DNA of 64,000 nt, from assembly GCA_963720545.1 (NCBI GenBank), contig OY970399.1:1568001-1632000 (forward strand), written 5' to 3'. The DNA is from an uncultured Acidobacteriota bacterium. GTDB lineage: Bacteria; Acidobacteriota; Vicinamibacteria; Fen-336. This document shows positions 9,380 to 19,003 of this stretch, piece by piece (the stretch's first letter is position 1; each line of letters opens with the position of its first letter). Under the pieces are notes generated by a model. The model ran no database searches, was not told where the DNA came from, and saw nothing but the letters and a program-made list of their open reading frames with translations. The position numbers and the translations under genes were made by a program.

Positions 9380-11101
9380 TCACTTCTGGACTGTGTATTC
9401 GGGCGAGTTGACGATCAGGTACAGCGCCTCCTGCACCCGGTCGCGGCCGGCACGCGCATTCGGCATGCCGTTCAGCCGGGTGAGCAGAGCTTGGCGCATC
9501 GTTGTCGACATCTGTCCGGACAAGAACAGCACGTTGTAGCGGTCGATGAGCGCTGTCGGCGTCGCCGCCAGGGGCATGTCGCGGTTGAGGTCGACGCTGA
9601 TGCTGTCGGCGCTCGTCTGGGTGTTGCCCACGTAGTACCAGAACACCTGATCGCCCAGGGCGTTGTGGGTCGTCGGCAGCATGAAGTCGGTGGCGAGCTG
9701 CAGCTCCGGAGCCACGAGGCCCTGGTCGCTCGCCTCGCCGATCGGCTGGTAGGCGGGGCTGAAGAAGTTGAAAACTGACGGCGCGTGCAGCGCCGTCTGA
9801 CCCAGGTAGTAGTCGGCGTACCACTCGGTCGTGCGCCCGGTGCGGCTGCGCGCGTTCGTCGCACGCCACAGGTGCGAGAGGCGCAGTAGCGGCTCGCGCA
9901 CCTTGCCAAACCCAGCGGGCTGACGGCTCAGCTGGCGAGCTTCGGGATCGAGCAGGATCTGGCGCACCACCGCCTTCATGCCGCCGCGCATTCCCGAGCC
10001 GCTGTTGTTGAACTTGGCGGCCACCCGGCCCACGTAAGCGGGGCTCGGGTTGCTGGTGACGAGCCTCTGGATCAGCTGCCGTGCGATGAACGGGCCGACG
10101 TTTGGGTGGTTGAAGATGTTGTCGAGCGTGAGGTTCAGGTCGCGGCGCGGCGTCGAGCGGGTGCCGGCCGGCAGCACGCCGCCGGGCAGTGCGACGCCCG
10201 GATAGTTGAGCAGCTGCTTCGAGCCTTCCCACGAGTGGTAGTCGCGGTTCATCTCCATCTCTGCGCGCCACGCGGGGTGCGTGGGTTCCCACATGTAGCA
10301 GCCGGTGAAGTAGCCGAGCGCCTTGCAGCCTTCGAAGGTCCAGCCGGTGAAGACGTGCGCAAAGCCCTTCACCGTGTCCTGGGTGTAGGTCGGGATGGTC
10401 TTGCCCATGGCATCGCGCTTGGGCGTGCCGTCAGGGTTGAGCTGCACCAGCCCGATGGTGAAGAGCTGCAGCACCTCGCGCGCGAAGTTCTCGTCGGGAC
10501 GGATGTTGCGCACTGCGTCCGGCTTCTGGTTGCCGAGCATCGAAAGGTACAGCCCCATCACCGGGTGCAGCGTCACGTCGGTCAGCAGGTTGCGGAAGTT
10601 GCCGAAGGCGGCGCGCACCAGCGCGTCGTAGTAGCTCGCGACGCCGTAGGGCGCCCCCGAGATGCGATCGGAGCGGTCGGAGACGACGAAGATCTCGCTG
10701 AGCGCGAACGCGACCCGCTGGCGCAACTGGTCCTTGTGAATCCGTGCGGCGTCGAAAGGATCGGGGCCGCCGAGCGCGTTCTGCCACCACGCCTCCTGGT
10801 GTACGGTCCAAGACCGGTTGCTGACGGTCGCCGGGCCGAGCGAATCGAGGTACTCGAGCTCGTACGACGGCGGCAGCGCGAACTGCTCGTTGATCCAGGC
10901 GGTGTAGCCGATCGCCTTGAGGTGCGCGATGTCCTCGAGCGTCGGGCCGAAGGTCGCTTGCGCCAGGAAGCGCGCGGCTTCGGCGTCGCTGATCGACTCC
11001 TGCGCCCATGCCGGAGTTGCGAACGTCACGAACATCGCCAACGCCGCTCCCGCCATTGCAATCCGGCCGGCCAGCAAACTCGATGTCGGGAGGGTCTTCA
11101 T
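9380..11101 (-). CDS. DUF1800 family protein
   Basis: AARFLAQATFGP, DQLRQRVAFALSEIFVVS, PDENFAREVLQLFTIGL, LVTSNPSPAYV, SVFNFF; ATG at 11101 after GAGGAGG. Confidence 0.9.
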   Translation of the reverse strand: MKTLPTSSLLAGRIAMAGAALAMFVTFATPAWAQESISDAEAARFLAQATFGPTLEDIAHLKAIGYTAWINEQFALPPSYELEYLDSLGPATVSNRSWTVHQEAWWQNALGGPDPFDAARIHKDQLRQRVAFALSEIFVVSDRSDRISGAPYGVASYYDALVRAAFGNFRNLLTDVTLHPVMGLYLSMLGNQKPDAVRNIRPDENFAREVLQLFTIGLVQLNPDGTPKRDAMGKTIPTYTQDTVKGFAHVFTGWTFEGCKALGYFTGCYMWEPTHPAWRAEMEMNRDYHSWEGSKQLLNYPGVALPGGVLPAGTRSTPRRDLNLTLDNIFNHPNVGPFIARQLIQRLVTSNPSPAYVGRVAAKFNNSGSGMRGGMKAVVRQILLDPEARQLSRQPAGFGKVREPLLRLSHLWRATNARSRTGRTTEWYADYYLGQTALHAPSVFNFFSPAYQPIGEASDQGLVAPELQLATDFMLPTTHNALGDQVFWYYVGNTQTSADSISVDLNRDMPLAATPTALIDRYNVLFLSGQMSTTMRQALLTRLNGMPNARAGRDRVQEALYLIVNSPEYTVQK

Positions 11102-11226
11102 CTCTGGACCTCCTCGTCCTCTGATGTGATGAAGATGGTTTGGATTGGATACGGAATGGGAACCTACGCGCGCGGTTGCGCATAGGCAGGTGACCCGTCG
11201 CACATGGCGGAGAAAAAGCGGACGAG

Positions 11227-11252
11227 GCTCGCGCCCTGATTGTGGCGCGAGC
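11227..11252 (-). terminator. Probable terminator hairpin downstream of pckG
   Basis: GCTCGCGCC/GGCGCGAGC 9-bp stem; T-run a few nt further on the minus strand. Confidence 0.45.
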
Positions 11253-11275
11253 GGGCCGCCAGGCGGCGGCGAAAG

Positions 11276-13021
11276 CTAGACGGCTACTTTGCTGACGCGG
11301 CCGGCGAGGGCTTCGAGTTCCTTCGTCAGCTGGCCCGGCAGTCGGCTGCCGAACTTCGCGAAGAACGCCTCGATCTCGGGGATCTCTCCTGCCCACTCGT
11401 CGCGATCGACGGCGAGCAGCTGGTCGAGTGCCGCGGAAGACAGGTCGAGGCCGTCGAGGTTCAGCGAGTCGCGGCGCGGGACGACGCCGATCGGCGTCTC
11501 GTCTCCCGTGCCGCTGCCCTTGATGCGGTCAACCATCCACAGCAGCACGCGCAGGTTCTGGCCGAAGCCGGGCCAGAGGAACTTGCCCGCGGCGTCCTGG
11601 CGGAACCAGTTCACGTGGAAGACCTTCGGCGGCTTGCTGACCGCCTTGCCCATCGCGAGCCAGTGGCCGAAGTAGTCGCCCATGTTGTAGCCGCAGAAAG
11701 GCAGCATCGCCATCGGATCGCGGCGCACGACACCCACCTGGCCGGTGGCGGCAGCGGTCGTCTCGGAGCCCATGGTGGCGCCCACGAACACGCCGTGGTT
11801 CCAGCTGCGGCTCTCGTAGACGAGCGGCGCGACGCGTGCGCGTCGGCCGCCGAAGATGATGGCGGAAAGCGGCACGCCCTGCGGGTCTTCCCAGCGCGGC
11901 GACATGCTCGGGCACTGCTTCGCCGCCACGGTAAAGCGCGCGTTCGGATGCGCGGCCTTCGACTTGCCGTCCCAGGTCTTGCCCTGCCAGTCGAGCAGGC
12001 CCGCCGGCGGGTTCTTGTCCTTGCCTTCCCACCACGGCACCCCGTCGGGCGTGACCGCGACGTTCGTGAAGATGGTGTCGTGGGTTATGGTCGCCATGGC
12101 GTTGGGGTTCGTGTCCATGCCGGTGCCCGGCACCACGCCGAAGAAGCCGGCCTCGGGATTGACGGCCCAGAGGCGGCCGTCGGGACCCGGCCGCAGCCAG
12201 GCGATGTCGTCGCCGACCGTGCGCACCTTGTAGCCGGCGTTCGCGAACGGCGAGACCAGCATCGCGAGGTTGGTCTTGCCGCACGCCGACGGGAAGGCGG
12301 CGCCGATGTAGTGGATCTCGCCCGAGGGCAGCTCGAGCTCGAGAATCAGCATGTGCTCGGCCATCCAGCCCTGCTTCCGCGCCATCGTGGATGCGATGCG
12401 CAGCGCGAAGCACTTCTTGCCGAGGAGCGCATTGCCGCCGTAGCCCGAGCCGACCGACCAGATGAGCCGCTCGTCGGGATAATGGACGATGAAGCGGCGG
12501 TCAGGTGAGAGGTCGCCGGTGGAGTGCAGCCCGGGAACGAATTCCTCGCTGCTGCCAAGCTGCTCCTTCGCCGCCTTGCCCATGCGGGTCATGATGCGCA
12601 TGTTGGCGACGACGTAGGGGCTGTCGGTCACCTCGATGCCGACCTTGCTGAACGGCGAGCCCAGCGGCCCCATCACGTATGGGATCGCGTACATGGTGCG
12701 GCCCTTCATCACGCCCTCGAACAGCGGCCCGACCTTCGCGCGCGCGTCGGCCGGCGCCATCCAGTTGTTGGTCGGCCCCGCGTCTTCCTGCTTGCCGCTC
12801 GCGATGAACGTCAGGTGCTCGGTGCGCGCCACGTCGGAGGAGTGGCTGCGGTGCAGGGTCGATCCAGGTGCTTCCTTCTCGTTCAGGCGCTGCAGCGTCC
12901 CCGAGGCGAGCATTTCTCCGACCAGGCGGTCGTTCTCGGCCTGGGATCCGTCAACCCAAACGACCTTGTCGGGCTGCGTCGTCTTTTCGACTTCGTTGAC
13001 CCAACGTTCGGCTGGCGTCAT
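11276..13021 (-). CDS. pckG: Phosphoenolpyruvate carboxykinase (GTP)
   Basis: GSGYGGNALLGKKCFALRIAS, AAFPSACGKTNLAM, VGDDIAW, HPNARF, DPMAMLPFCGYN. Confidence 0.97.
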   Translation of the reverse strand: MTPAERWVNEVEKTTQPDKVVWVDGSQAENDRLVGEMLASGTLQRLNEKEAPGSTLHRSHSSDVARTEHLTFIASGKQEDAGPTNNWMAPADARAKVGPLFEGVMKGRTMYAIPYVMGPLGSPFSKVGIEVTDSPYVVANMRIMTRMGKAAKEQLGSSEEFVPGLHSTGDLSPDRRFIVHYPDERLIWSVGSGYGGNALLGKKCFALRIASTMARKQGWMAEHMLILELELPSGEIHYIGAAFPSACGKTNLAMLVSPFANAGYKVRTVGDDIAWLRPGPDGRLWAVNPEAGFFGVVPGTGMDTNPNAMATITHDTIFTNVAVTPDGVPWWEGKDKNPPAGLLDWQGKTWDGKSKAAHPNARFTVAAKQCPSMSPRWEDPQGVPLSAIIFGGRRARVAPLVYESRSWNHGVFVGATMGSETTAAATGQVGVVRRDPMAMLPFCGYNMGDYFGHWLAMGKAVSKPPKVFHVNWFRQDAAGKFLWPGFGQNLRVLLWMVDRIKGSGTGDETPIGVVPRRDSLNLDGLDLSSAALDQLLAVDRDEWAGEIPEIEAFFAKFGSRLPGQLTKELEALAGRVSKVAV

Positions 13022-13063
13022 CAGGGACTCCTGTCAAAAGGCGGAACGACCTGAGGAAGGAAG

Positions 13064-13093
13064 ATTCTAGGAGGGCGTAACGGCCCGGATCAA
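13064..13093 (-). promoter_or_regulatory. Sigma70-like promoter of pckG
   Basis: TTGATC-N18-TAGAAT on the minus strand. Confidence 0.5.
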
Positions 13094-13148
13094 CCTGTGA
13101 GCCGTATCCGCCACCCTGTCAATCACTTGCCGCTGGGTGACGCTCGGG

Positions 13149-13967
13149 TTACAGGCTCCGCGCAAAGGCACGCAGGCGCCGGTTGAACGAAGAGGCGTCG
13201 TCCCAGAATGGGCCGTGGCCCGCGTTCGCCACAATGTCAACCTGCGCGTGCGGCAGTCCCTTCTTGTGTTGGTCGACCGCGGCTCGCTTGACGACGGCGT
13301 CCGCAGCACCCTGCGTGATCAAGACCGGCTTGCGTATCCTCGGCAGCAGGTCGTCGTTGTCGAATGCGCGCGAGAAGAGGGCCTGGCGGACGTGCGGCGG
13401 GACGGATACGTTCCATCCGAGCATCATGTAGAGATCCGTGGGCGAAAGCTCCCTGAGGAAGCACCTGCGGACCAACGCTTCCAGGCTCGCTACGCTCTCC
13501 GCGGCCTCGGTTGCGAAGAAGCCAGGCACGAGCGCGAGAAACTCTGGGTCGAGAACGGCGGTCGCCTCCTCGCTGCCGAGTTTCGTGATCCCACCGACGA
13601 ATTGCATGCCACCAATGTCGCTCTCGCCGTGATGCCGTATGTAATCGAGGATGACGAGCGGCCCATAGGACCAGCCACTGAGGATCGAGTGCTCGAGGCC
13701 GAGCGTGCGAATCGCGGCGTTGACGTCGTCGGCCCACATTTTCGAATCGCCATAGGCGTCGCGCGGCTTGTCCGAGAGGCCGTGGCCGCGCAGATCCATG
13801 GCGACCAGTCGATGGTCATCGGCCAGGTCGGATTGCAACTGTCGGCTCCAGGCGAGCCAACACTGCGAAAAGCCGTGGAGGAACAGGATGGGCCGGCCCG
13901 CAGCGTTCCCGGTTTCGACGACGTGGAGCTGTACGCCTCCACCGCCGGTGATCGTGTGGTGTTTCAC
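13149..13967 (-). CDS. Alpha/beta hydrolase (non-heme haloperoxidase/esterase-like)
   Basis: LFLHGF, DLRGHGLS, GWSYG nucleophile elbow, GAADAVV, AGHGP. Confidence 0.92.
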   Translation of the reverse strand: MKHHTITGGGGVQLHVVETGNAAGRPILFLHGFSQCWLAWSRQLQSDLADDHRLVAMDLRGHGLSDKPRDAYGDSKMWADDVNAAIRTLGLEHSILSGWSYGPLVILDYIRHHGESDIGGMQFVGGITKLGSEEATAVLDPEFLALVPGFFATEAAESVASLEALVRRCFLRELSPTDLYMMLGWNVSVPPHVRQALFSRAFDNDDLLPRIRKPVLITQGAADAVVKRAAVDQHKKGLPHAQVDIVANAGHGPFWDDASSFNRRLRAFARSL

Positions 13968-14039
13968 GAGCTTTCCCGCACGCGGGTGTATAGTGCCGGC
14001 CCGCTCTGGAAGTCAAGAAAAAAACCAAAGGGAGTTCAA

Positions 14040-14504
14040 GTGAGAAAAATAACGATCTGCGTGATCGCCACGATGTTCGCCGCCGCTTCGCTGTGCCTCG
14101 CCGCCGAGGACGTGACCCTCGGCACCTGGAAAATGAACGAGGCCAAGTCGAAGATCGCGCCCGGAGCACCGAAGAACATCGACGTGGTGTACGCGGCGGC
14201 TGGCGACAGCGTGAAGATCACCGTCGACGGCCTGGACGGCGACGGCAAGCCGGCGCACAACGAGTGGACCGGCAAGTTCGACGGCAAGGACTATCCGTTG
14301 GTCGGTGATCCGGCAGCGGACACGCGGTCCTACAAGCGGATCGACTCGCACACGCTGGAGTTGAGCAACAAGCTCGGCGGCAAGGTCACGTTCACGGGCC
14401 GTGTCGTGGTCTCCGCAGATGGCAAAACCCGCACCGTCACCATCAGCGGCCTCGACGGCAAGGGCGTGAAGCAAACTTCGACCGCGGTCTACGACCGGCA
14501 GTAG
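14040..14504 (+). CDS. Secreted lipocalin-like beta-barrel hypothetical protein
   Basis: GTG at 14040 after SD GGGAG; signal peptide; GTWKMNEAKS, KFDGKDYP, VSADGKTRT. Confidence 0.8.
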   Translation: MRKITICVIATMFAAASLCLAAEDVTLGTWKMNEAKSKIAPGAPKNIDVVYAAAGDSVKITVDGLDGDGKPAHNEWTGKFDGKDYPLVGDPAADTRSYKRIDSHTLELSNKLGGKVTFTGRVVVSADGKTRTVTISGLDGKGVKQTSTAVYDRQ

Positions 14505-14532
14505 CCGGCAAGAAGCAAGCCGTACGGGCGTT

Positions 14533-14559
14533 ATAGCCCGGATAATCCGTCCGGGCTAT
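14533..14559. repeat. Perfect 10-bp inverted repeat (terminator or operator)
   Basis: ATAGCCCGGA-N7-TCCGGGCTAT. Confidence 0.7.
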
Positions 14560-14606
14560 CCGCCTGCTCATCAACCAGTTGCCGCTCCCAGCGCTAAGAT
14601 CGTCCC

Positions 14607-14873
14607 GTGGACGATCTGCCCGGCGCCGACCTCGTGCGCACCGGCCTCGACGACCTGCGCGCCGGCCGCCGCACGGTGGAATCGCTGCTCGTCTCGATTG
14701 GCGCGCCGCGGCTGCGCAGCGAGGGGATCGACGTGCCGGAAGGCTTCCCCGAGCCGGAGCACGGCCTGTATCTGATGCTGTGCGAAACTCACGATGACGG
14801 CGCCCACTCGCAGTACAACGCTCTGATCCGCCGCCTGGTGAGCTTCGAGCGCGCACTGTCGTGCGCCCGCTAG
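14607..14873 (+). CDS. Small hypothetical protein, putative antitoxin partner
   Basis: 88 aa; TAAGAT 6 nt before GTG; overlaps the downstream gene by 13 nt. Confidence 0.7.
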   Translation: MDDLPGADLVRTGLDDLRAGRRTVESLLVSIGAPRLRSEGIDVPEGFPEPEHGLYLMLCETHDDGAHSQYNALIRRLVSFERALSCAR

Positions 14874-15397
14874 CCGACGGTTCGCGGATTCGGGATTTGA
14901 TGCGCGAGCTGGGCCGCGCCGCGCGCCACGAGGCTTCGATCTACTTCACCGGTGGCGCCACGGCGGTGCTCCTCGGCTGGCGCGCCACGACACTCGACGC
15001 CGACTTGCGCATCGTCCCCGACTCCGATCCGCTGCTTAGCGAGATTCCGCGCATCAAGGAGTCGCTGCGGCTGAGCATCGAACTCGCCGCGCCGAGCGAC
15101 TTCATTCCGGAGTTGCCGGGCTGGCAGGAACGCAGCCTCTATATCGCCCGCGAGGGACGCGTGTCCTTCTATCACTACGACCTCTACTCGCAGGCGCTTG
15201 CGAAGATCGAACGCGGCCATGCCCAGGACCATACGGACGTCGGCGAGATGATGGCCCGCGGCCTCGTCGAGCCTGCGCGCCTGCTGACGTACTTCGAAGC
15301 CATCGAGCCCGTGCTTTATCGCTACCCCGCCGTCAGCCCGGAAAAGTTTCGCGCCGAGGTCCAGGCGGCGGTCAGGCGAGCGGCGGACCAGCTTTGA
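14861..15397 (+). CDS. DUF6036/AbiEii-like nucleotidyltransferase
   Basis: YFTGGATAVLLGWRATTLDADL (GG...R.T.D.D), LAKIERG..QD..D. Confidence 0.8.
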   Translation: MRPLADGSRIRDLMRELGRAARHEASIYFTGGATAVLLGWRATTLDADLRIVPDSDPLLSEIPRIKESLRLSIELAAPSDFIPELPGWQERSLYIAREGRVSFYHYDLYSQALAKIERGHAQDHTDVGEMMARGLVEPARLLTYFEAIEPVLYRYPAVSPEKFRAEVQAAVRRAADQL

Positions 15398-16277
15398 GGT
15401 AGCGGCCGGGGAGCGGGTGGTCGAGGAACACTCCGATGGCCCTGGCCGCGGCGGAAACGGCGGCGAGGTCGACGCCGGTTTCGATGCCCATGCCGTCGAG
15501 CATGTAGAGCAGGTCTTCGGTGGCGAGGTTGCCCGAGGCGCCGGGAGCGTACGGGCAGCCGCCGAGGCCGCCCGCCGAGGAGTCGACGATCGCGATGCCC
15601 GCTTCCATGGCGGCGAGGACGTTCGCGAGTGCCGTGCCGCGGGTGTCGTGGAAGTGCACCGCGAGCGCGCCGGCGGGCATCGAGTGCTGCAGCCGGCCCA
15701 TGACGTCGGTCACCTGCGTCGGCACTGCGACGCCGATGGTGTCGCCGATCGAGATCTCGTGGCAGCCAAGCGCGTGCAGGCGACTCGCAACCTCCACCAC
15801 TTTCGCGGGATCGACACGGCCCTCGTACGGGCAGCCGAAGCAAGTGGAGACGTAGCCGCGCACCCACATGCCGGCGGCGAGCGCTTCGGGCACGAACTCG
15901 GCGAAGCGCGCGAACGACTCGTCGATGCTGGCGTTGATGTTCTTGCGGTTGAAGGTTTCGCTGGCGGCCGTGAAGATCGCGATCGCGCGCACGCCGCTGC
16001 CTTGTGCCGCCTCGAATCCCTGGCGGTTCGGCACCAGGACCGGCAGGCGCACGCCGGGCGGCGCAACCACTCGCCTCGCGATTTCGTCCGAGCCCGCCAT
16101 CTGCGGCACCCATTTCGGCGAGACGAAGGCGCCGGTCTCCACCACGCTCAGCCCCGCGGCGACGAGGGCTTCGCAAAAAGCGACCTTCGCCTCGAGCGGG
16201 ATCGCGACCTTCTCGTTCTGCAGGCCGTCGCGCGGCCCGACCTCGACCACGGTCACGCGCTGCGGGTACGTGCTCAT
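15372..16277 (-). CDS. liuE: Hydroxymethylglutaryl-CoA lyase
   Basis: EVGPRDGLQNE, FVSPKWVPQM, GDTIG, HFHDTRG, GLGGCPYAPGASGN. Confidence 0.95.
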   Translation of the reverse strand: MSTYPQRVTVVEVGPRDGLQNEKVAIPLEAKVAFCEALVAAGLSVVETGAFVSPKWVPQMAGSDEIARRVVAPPGVRLPVLVPNRQGFEAAQGSGVRAIAIFTAASETFNRKNINASIDESFARFAEFVPEALAAGMWVRGYVSTCFGCPYEGRVDPAKVVEVASRLHALGCHEISIGDTIGVAVPTQVTDVMGRLQHSMPAGALAVHFHDTRGTALANVLAAMEAGIAIVDSSAGGLGGCPYAPGASGNLATEDLLYMLDGMGIETGVDLAAVSAAARAIGVFLDHPLPGRYLKAGPPLA

Positions 16278-16708
16278 TCGAGTTCCGCCAGCGGCACCCC
16301 GGCGTCAGCCATCTCGCCAACCCGGACGCCGATGCTCTTGACGATACCGTCACGCGCCGCACGCACCGCGTTCTCCATCTTCATCGCCTCGATCACCAGG
16401 ATCTCGTCGCCCTTGCGCACCGCCTGGCCGGGAACGACGCTGATCTTGATCACCTTGCCCGGCATCGGCGCCGCCAGCTCCGCGGCGCCGCCGCGCTCCC
16501 CCGCCTTGCGCTCGCCGGGGCGCGCCACCTCGAGAACGTAGGCAGCGCCGCGCCACCACAAGTGCAGCGTATCGCCGGTTCGGACGCAGTGGAACGTCTC
16601 GCTGCCGCTGCCGTTTTCGACTGCGAACGTGCCGTGGCCGAGCGACCGGACGCGCAGAGCGTCGTCGAGCGCGACGTCCCGCGTTTCTTCGCCAAGGCGC
16701 AGCAGCAT
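16274..16708 (-). CDS. Biotin carboxyl carrier protein (split C-terminal part of MCC alpha)
   Basis: APMPGKV...EAMKME biotinylation motif. Confidence 0.9.
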   Translation of the reverse strand: MLLRLGEETRDVALDDALRVRSLGHGTFAVENGSGSETFHCVRTGDTLHLWWRGAAYVLEVARPGERKAGERGGAAELAAPMPGKVIKISVVPGQAVRKGDEILVIEAMKMENAVRAARDGIVKSIGVRVGEMADAGVPLAELE

Positions 16709-16710
16709 GG

Positions 16711-18207
16711 CTACGGGCCCACCCGGAAGCCGTCCGGCTTCGACCATGGATCGGCAACGGGGGCTCGTCCACCCTGGCGCGGCGCCTCCGCTGCGACGGC
16801 CAGTGCCGCGACCACTGCCGCGAGCCCTTCGTCGGGCGGCCAGGCCGCAGCCGGCAGCGCGCCCAGGACCTCGTCGATGAAGCCGGTGTGGATGGCGCCG
16901 GCGCGAAATGCGTCGTTGGCGACGATCTGGCGCAGCCGCGCGATGTTGGTGGTGACGCCGAGGACCGCGGTGTCGCCAAGCGCCGCGCTCATCCGCTCGA
17001 TCGACTCGTTGCGATCGGCGCCCCAGGTCACGATCTTCGCAAGCAGCGGATCGTAGTGGACGCTGACCGTTGCTCCGGTCTCGATTCCGGCATCGCAGCG
17101 GACACCGGGGCCTTGCGGAAAGGCCGCGAGCAACACGCTGCCGGGCGACGGCAGGTCGCCGCGCGCGGGATCTTCGGCGTAGAGACGGCACTCGAGCGCA
17201 TGGCCGCGCGCCGAGATGTCCTGCTGCGCGAACGGCAGCGGCTTGCCCTCTGCGATCCCGATCTGCAGGCGCACCAGGTCAACGCCGGTGACCGCTTCGG
17301 TCACCGGGTGCTCCACCTGCAGCCGCGTGTTCATCTCGAGGAAATAGAACCTGCCGTCGGCGCCGAGCAGGAATTCGACGGTTCCGGCGTTCACGTACGA
17401 CGCAGCCCGCGCCGCGGCGACTCCCGCCGCGCACAGCTCCGCGCGCAGAGTCTCGCTGAGCGCGGGGCTCGGCGTTTCCTCGACGATCTTCTGGTGGCGG
17501 CGCTGCAACGAGCATTCACGCTCGTGCAGGTGCACGATGTTCCCCTGGCTGTCGGCGAGCACCTGCACCTCGACGTGGCGCGGCTGCCGCACGAAGCGCT
17601 CGAGCACCATGGCGTCGCCGCCGAACGAGGACGCGCTCTCGCGGCGCGCCGATGCCAGCGCAGCCGCCAGCGCAGAGGCGCTTTCGACGACGCGCATGCC
17701 CTTGCCGCCGCCGCCGCGCGACGGCTTGATCATCACCGGGAAGCCGATGCGCTGCGCCTCCGCCAGCAACGTCGCATCCTGCTGGTCGTCGCCGTCATAA
17801 CCGGGCACCACCGGCACGCCCGAGCGGCTCATCAGCCGCCGCGCCGCCTGCTTGTCGCCCATCAGCCGGTGCACGTCGCCGGGCGGTCCGATGAAGGCGA
17901 GCGATGCGGCGGCGCAGGCGTCGGCGAAGTCGCCGCGCTGGCTGAGGAAGCCGTAGCCCGGGTGCACCGCGTCGCAGCCGCTACGGACCGCGGTCGCGAC
18001 CAGCTTCTCGATGTCGAGGTACGAGAGTGCGGCCTCGGCGGGGCCGATGAAATGCGCCTCGTCGCAGGCGCGGGTGTGCAGGGCGCCGCGGTCGGCCTCG
18101 GAAAAGACCGCGGCGGTGCCGATGCCCATGACCCGGCAGGTCCGCGCGATGCGCACCGCGATCTCGCCGCGGTTCGCGACCAGGACCTTGCGGATCGCCC
18201 GGTTCAC
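16711..18207 (-). CDS. liuD: Biotin carboxylase subunit of 3-methylcrotonyl-CoA carboxylase
   Basis: KVLVANRGEIA, HPGYGFLS, GGGGKGMR, RECSLQRRHQK, FLEMNTRLQVEHPVTE; GTGA overlap. Confidence 0.9.
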   Translation of the reverse strand: MNRAIRKVLVANRGEIAVRIARTCRVMGIGTAAVFSEADRGALHTRACDEAHFIGPAEAALSYLDIEKLVATAVRSGCDAVHPGYGFLSQRGDFADACAAASLAFIGPPGDVHRLMGDKQAARRLMSRSGVPVVPGYDGDDQQDATLLAEAQRIGFPVMIKPSRGGGGKGMRVVESASALAAALASARRESASSFGGDAMVLERFVRQPRHVEVQVLADSQGNIVHLHERECSLQRRHQKIVEETPSPALSETLRAELCAAGVAAARAASYVNAGTVEFLLGADGRFYFLEMNTRLQVEHPVTEAVTGVDLVRLQIGIAEGKPLPFAQQDISARGHALECRLYAEDPARGDLPSPGSVLLAAFPQGPGVRCDAGIETGATVSVHYDPLLAKIVTWGADRNESIERMSAALGDTAVLGVTTNIARLRQIVANDAFRAGAIHTGFIDEVLGALPAAAWPPDEGLAAVVAALAVAAEAPRQGGRAPVADPWSKPDGFRVGP

Positions 18208-18989
18208 ACGATCCAGGTGGGCTTGCGCTTCTCGAGGAAAGCCCGCATCCCTTCCTGGCCCTCGTCGGAGACCCGGATGTCGGCGATGCGCTCGACGGTG
18301 GTGCGCTGCACGGCTTCGATCTGGTCGCGGGAGATGTCGCGGATCAGCTGCTTGGCCGCGGCCACCGCCGACGGCCCGGCCTTGGCGACCTCGGCGGCGC
18401 GCGCCGCCACCGCGGTATCGAGGTCGGCCTCGGCCACCACGTGATGCACCAGGCCGATTGCGTGGGCGCGTGCTGCGGCGAAGCGCTCGCCGGTGAGGAA
18501 CAGCTCGCGGGCGGCACCGCTGCCGATCTTGGCCAGCACGTACGGCGAGATCACCGCCGGCAGCAGGCCGAGGCGCACTTCGGTGAAGCCGAACTGGCTG
18601 TCTGCGCTCGCCACCGCGATGTCGCACGCGGCCACCAGGCCGCAGCCACCGCCGAGCGCCGCGCCGTGGACGCGCGCGATCACCGGCTTCGGCGATTCGT
18701 AGACGGCCCAGAAGAGGTCGGCCATCGCCTGTGCTTCGCGCAGGTTCTCGTCGCGGCTGTAGCCGGCCATCGACTTCATCCACGACACGTCGGCGCCGGC
18801 GCAGAACGACGCGCCGCGGCCGGCGATGACGATGGCCCGCGCGCTCTCGAAGCCGCGCAGGTCGAGGAGCGTACGCCGCAGCTCTTCCACCATCACGCCG
18901 TCGAAGGCGTTGCGCACTTCGGGGCGGTTCAGCCAGATCCTTGCGACGGGGCCTTCGAAGCTCAGTTCAACGCTCTTGGTGGTGGTCAT
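18204..18989 (-). CDS. liuC: Methylglutaconyl-CoA hydratase (crotonase family)
   Basis: LNRPEVRNAF, FCAGAD, ALGGGCGL, FTEVRLGLLPAVISPYV, EGMRAFLEKRKP. Confidence 0.9.
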   Translation of the reverse strand: MTTTKSVELSFEGPVARIWLNRPEVRNAFDGVMVEELRRTLLDLRGFESARAIVIAGRGASFCAGADVSWMKSMAGYSRDENLREAQAMADLFWAVYESPKPVIARVHGAALGGGCGLVAACDIAVASADSQFGFTEVRLGLLPAVISPYVLAKIGSGAARELFLTGERFAAARAHAIGLVHHVVAEADLDTAVAARAAEVAKAGPSAVAAAKQLIRDISRDQIEAVQRTTVERIADIRVSDEGQEGMRAFLEKRKPTWIV

Positions 18990-19003
18990 CGGTGCAGTCG
19001 ATT

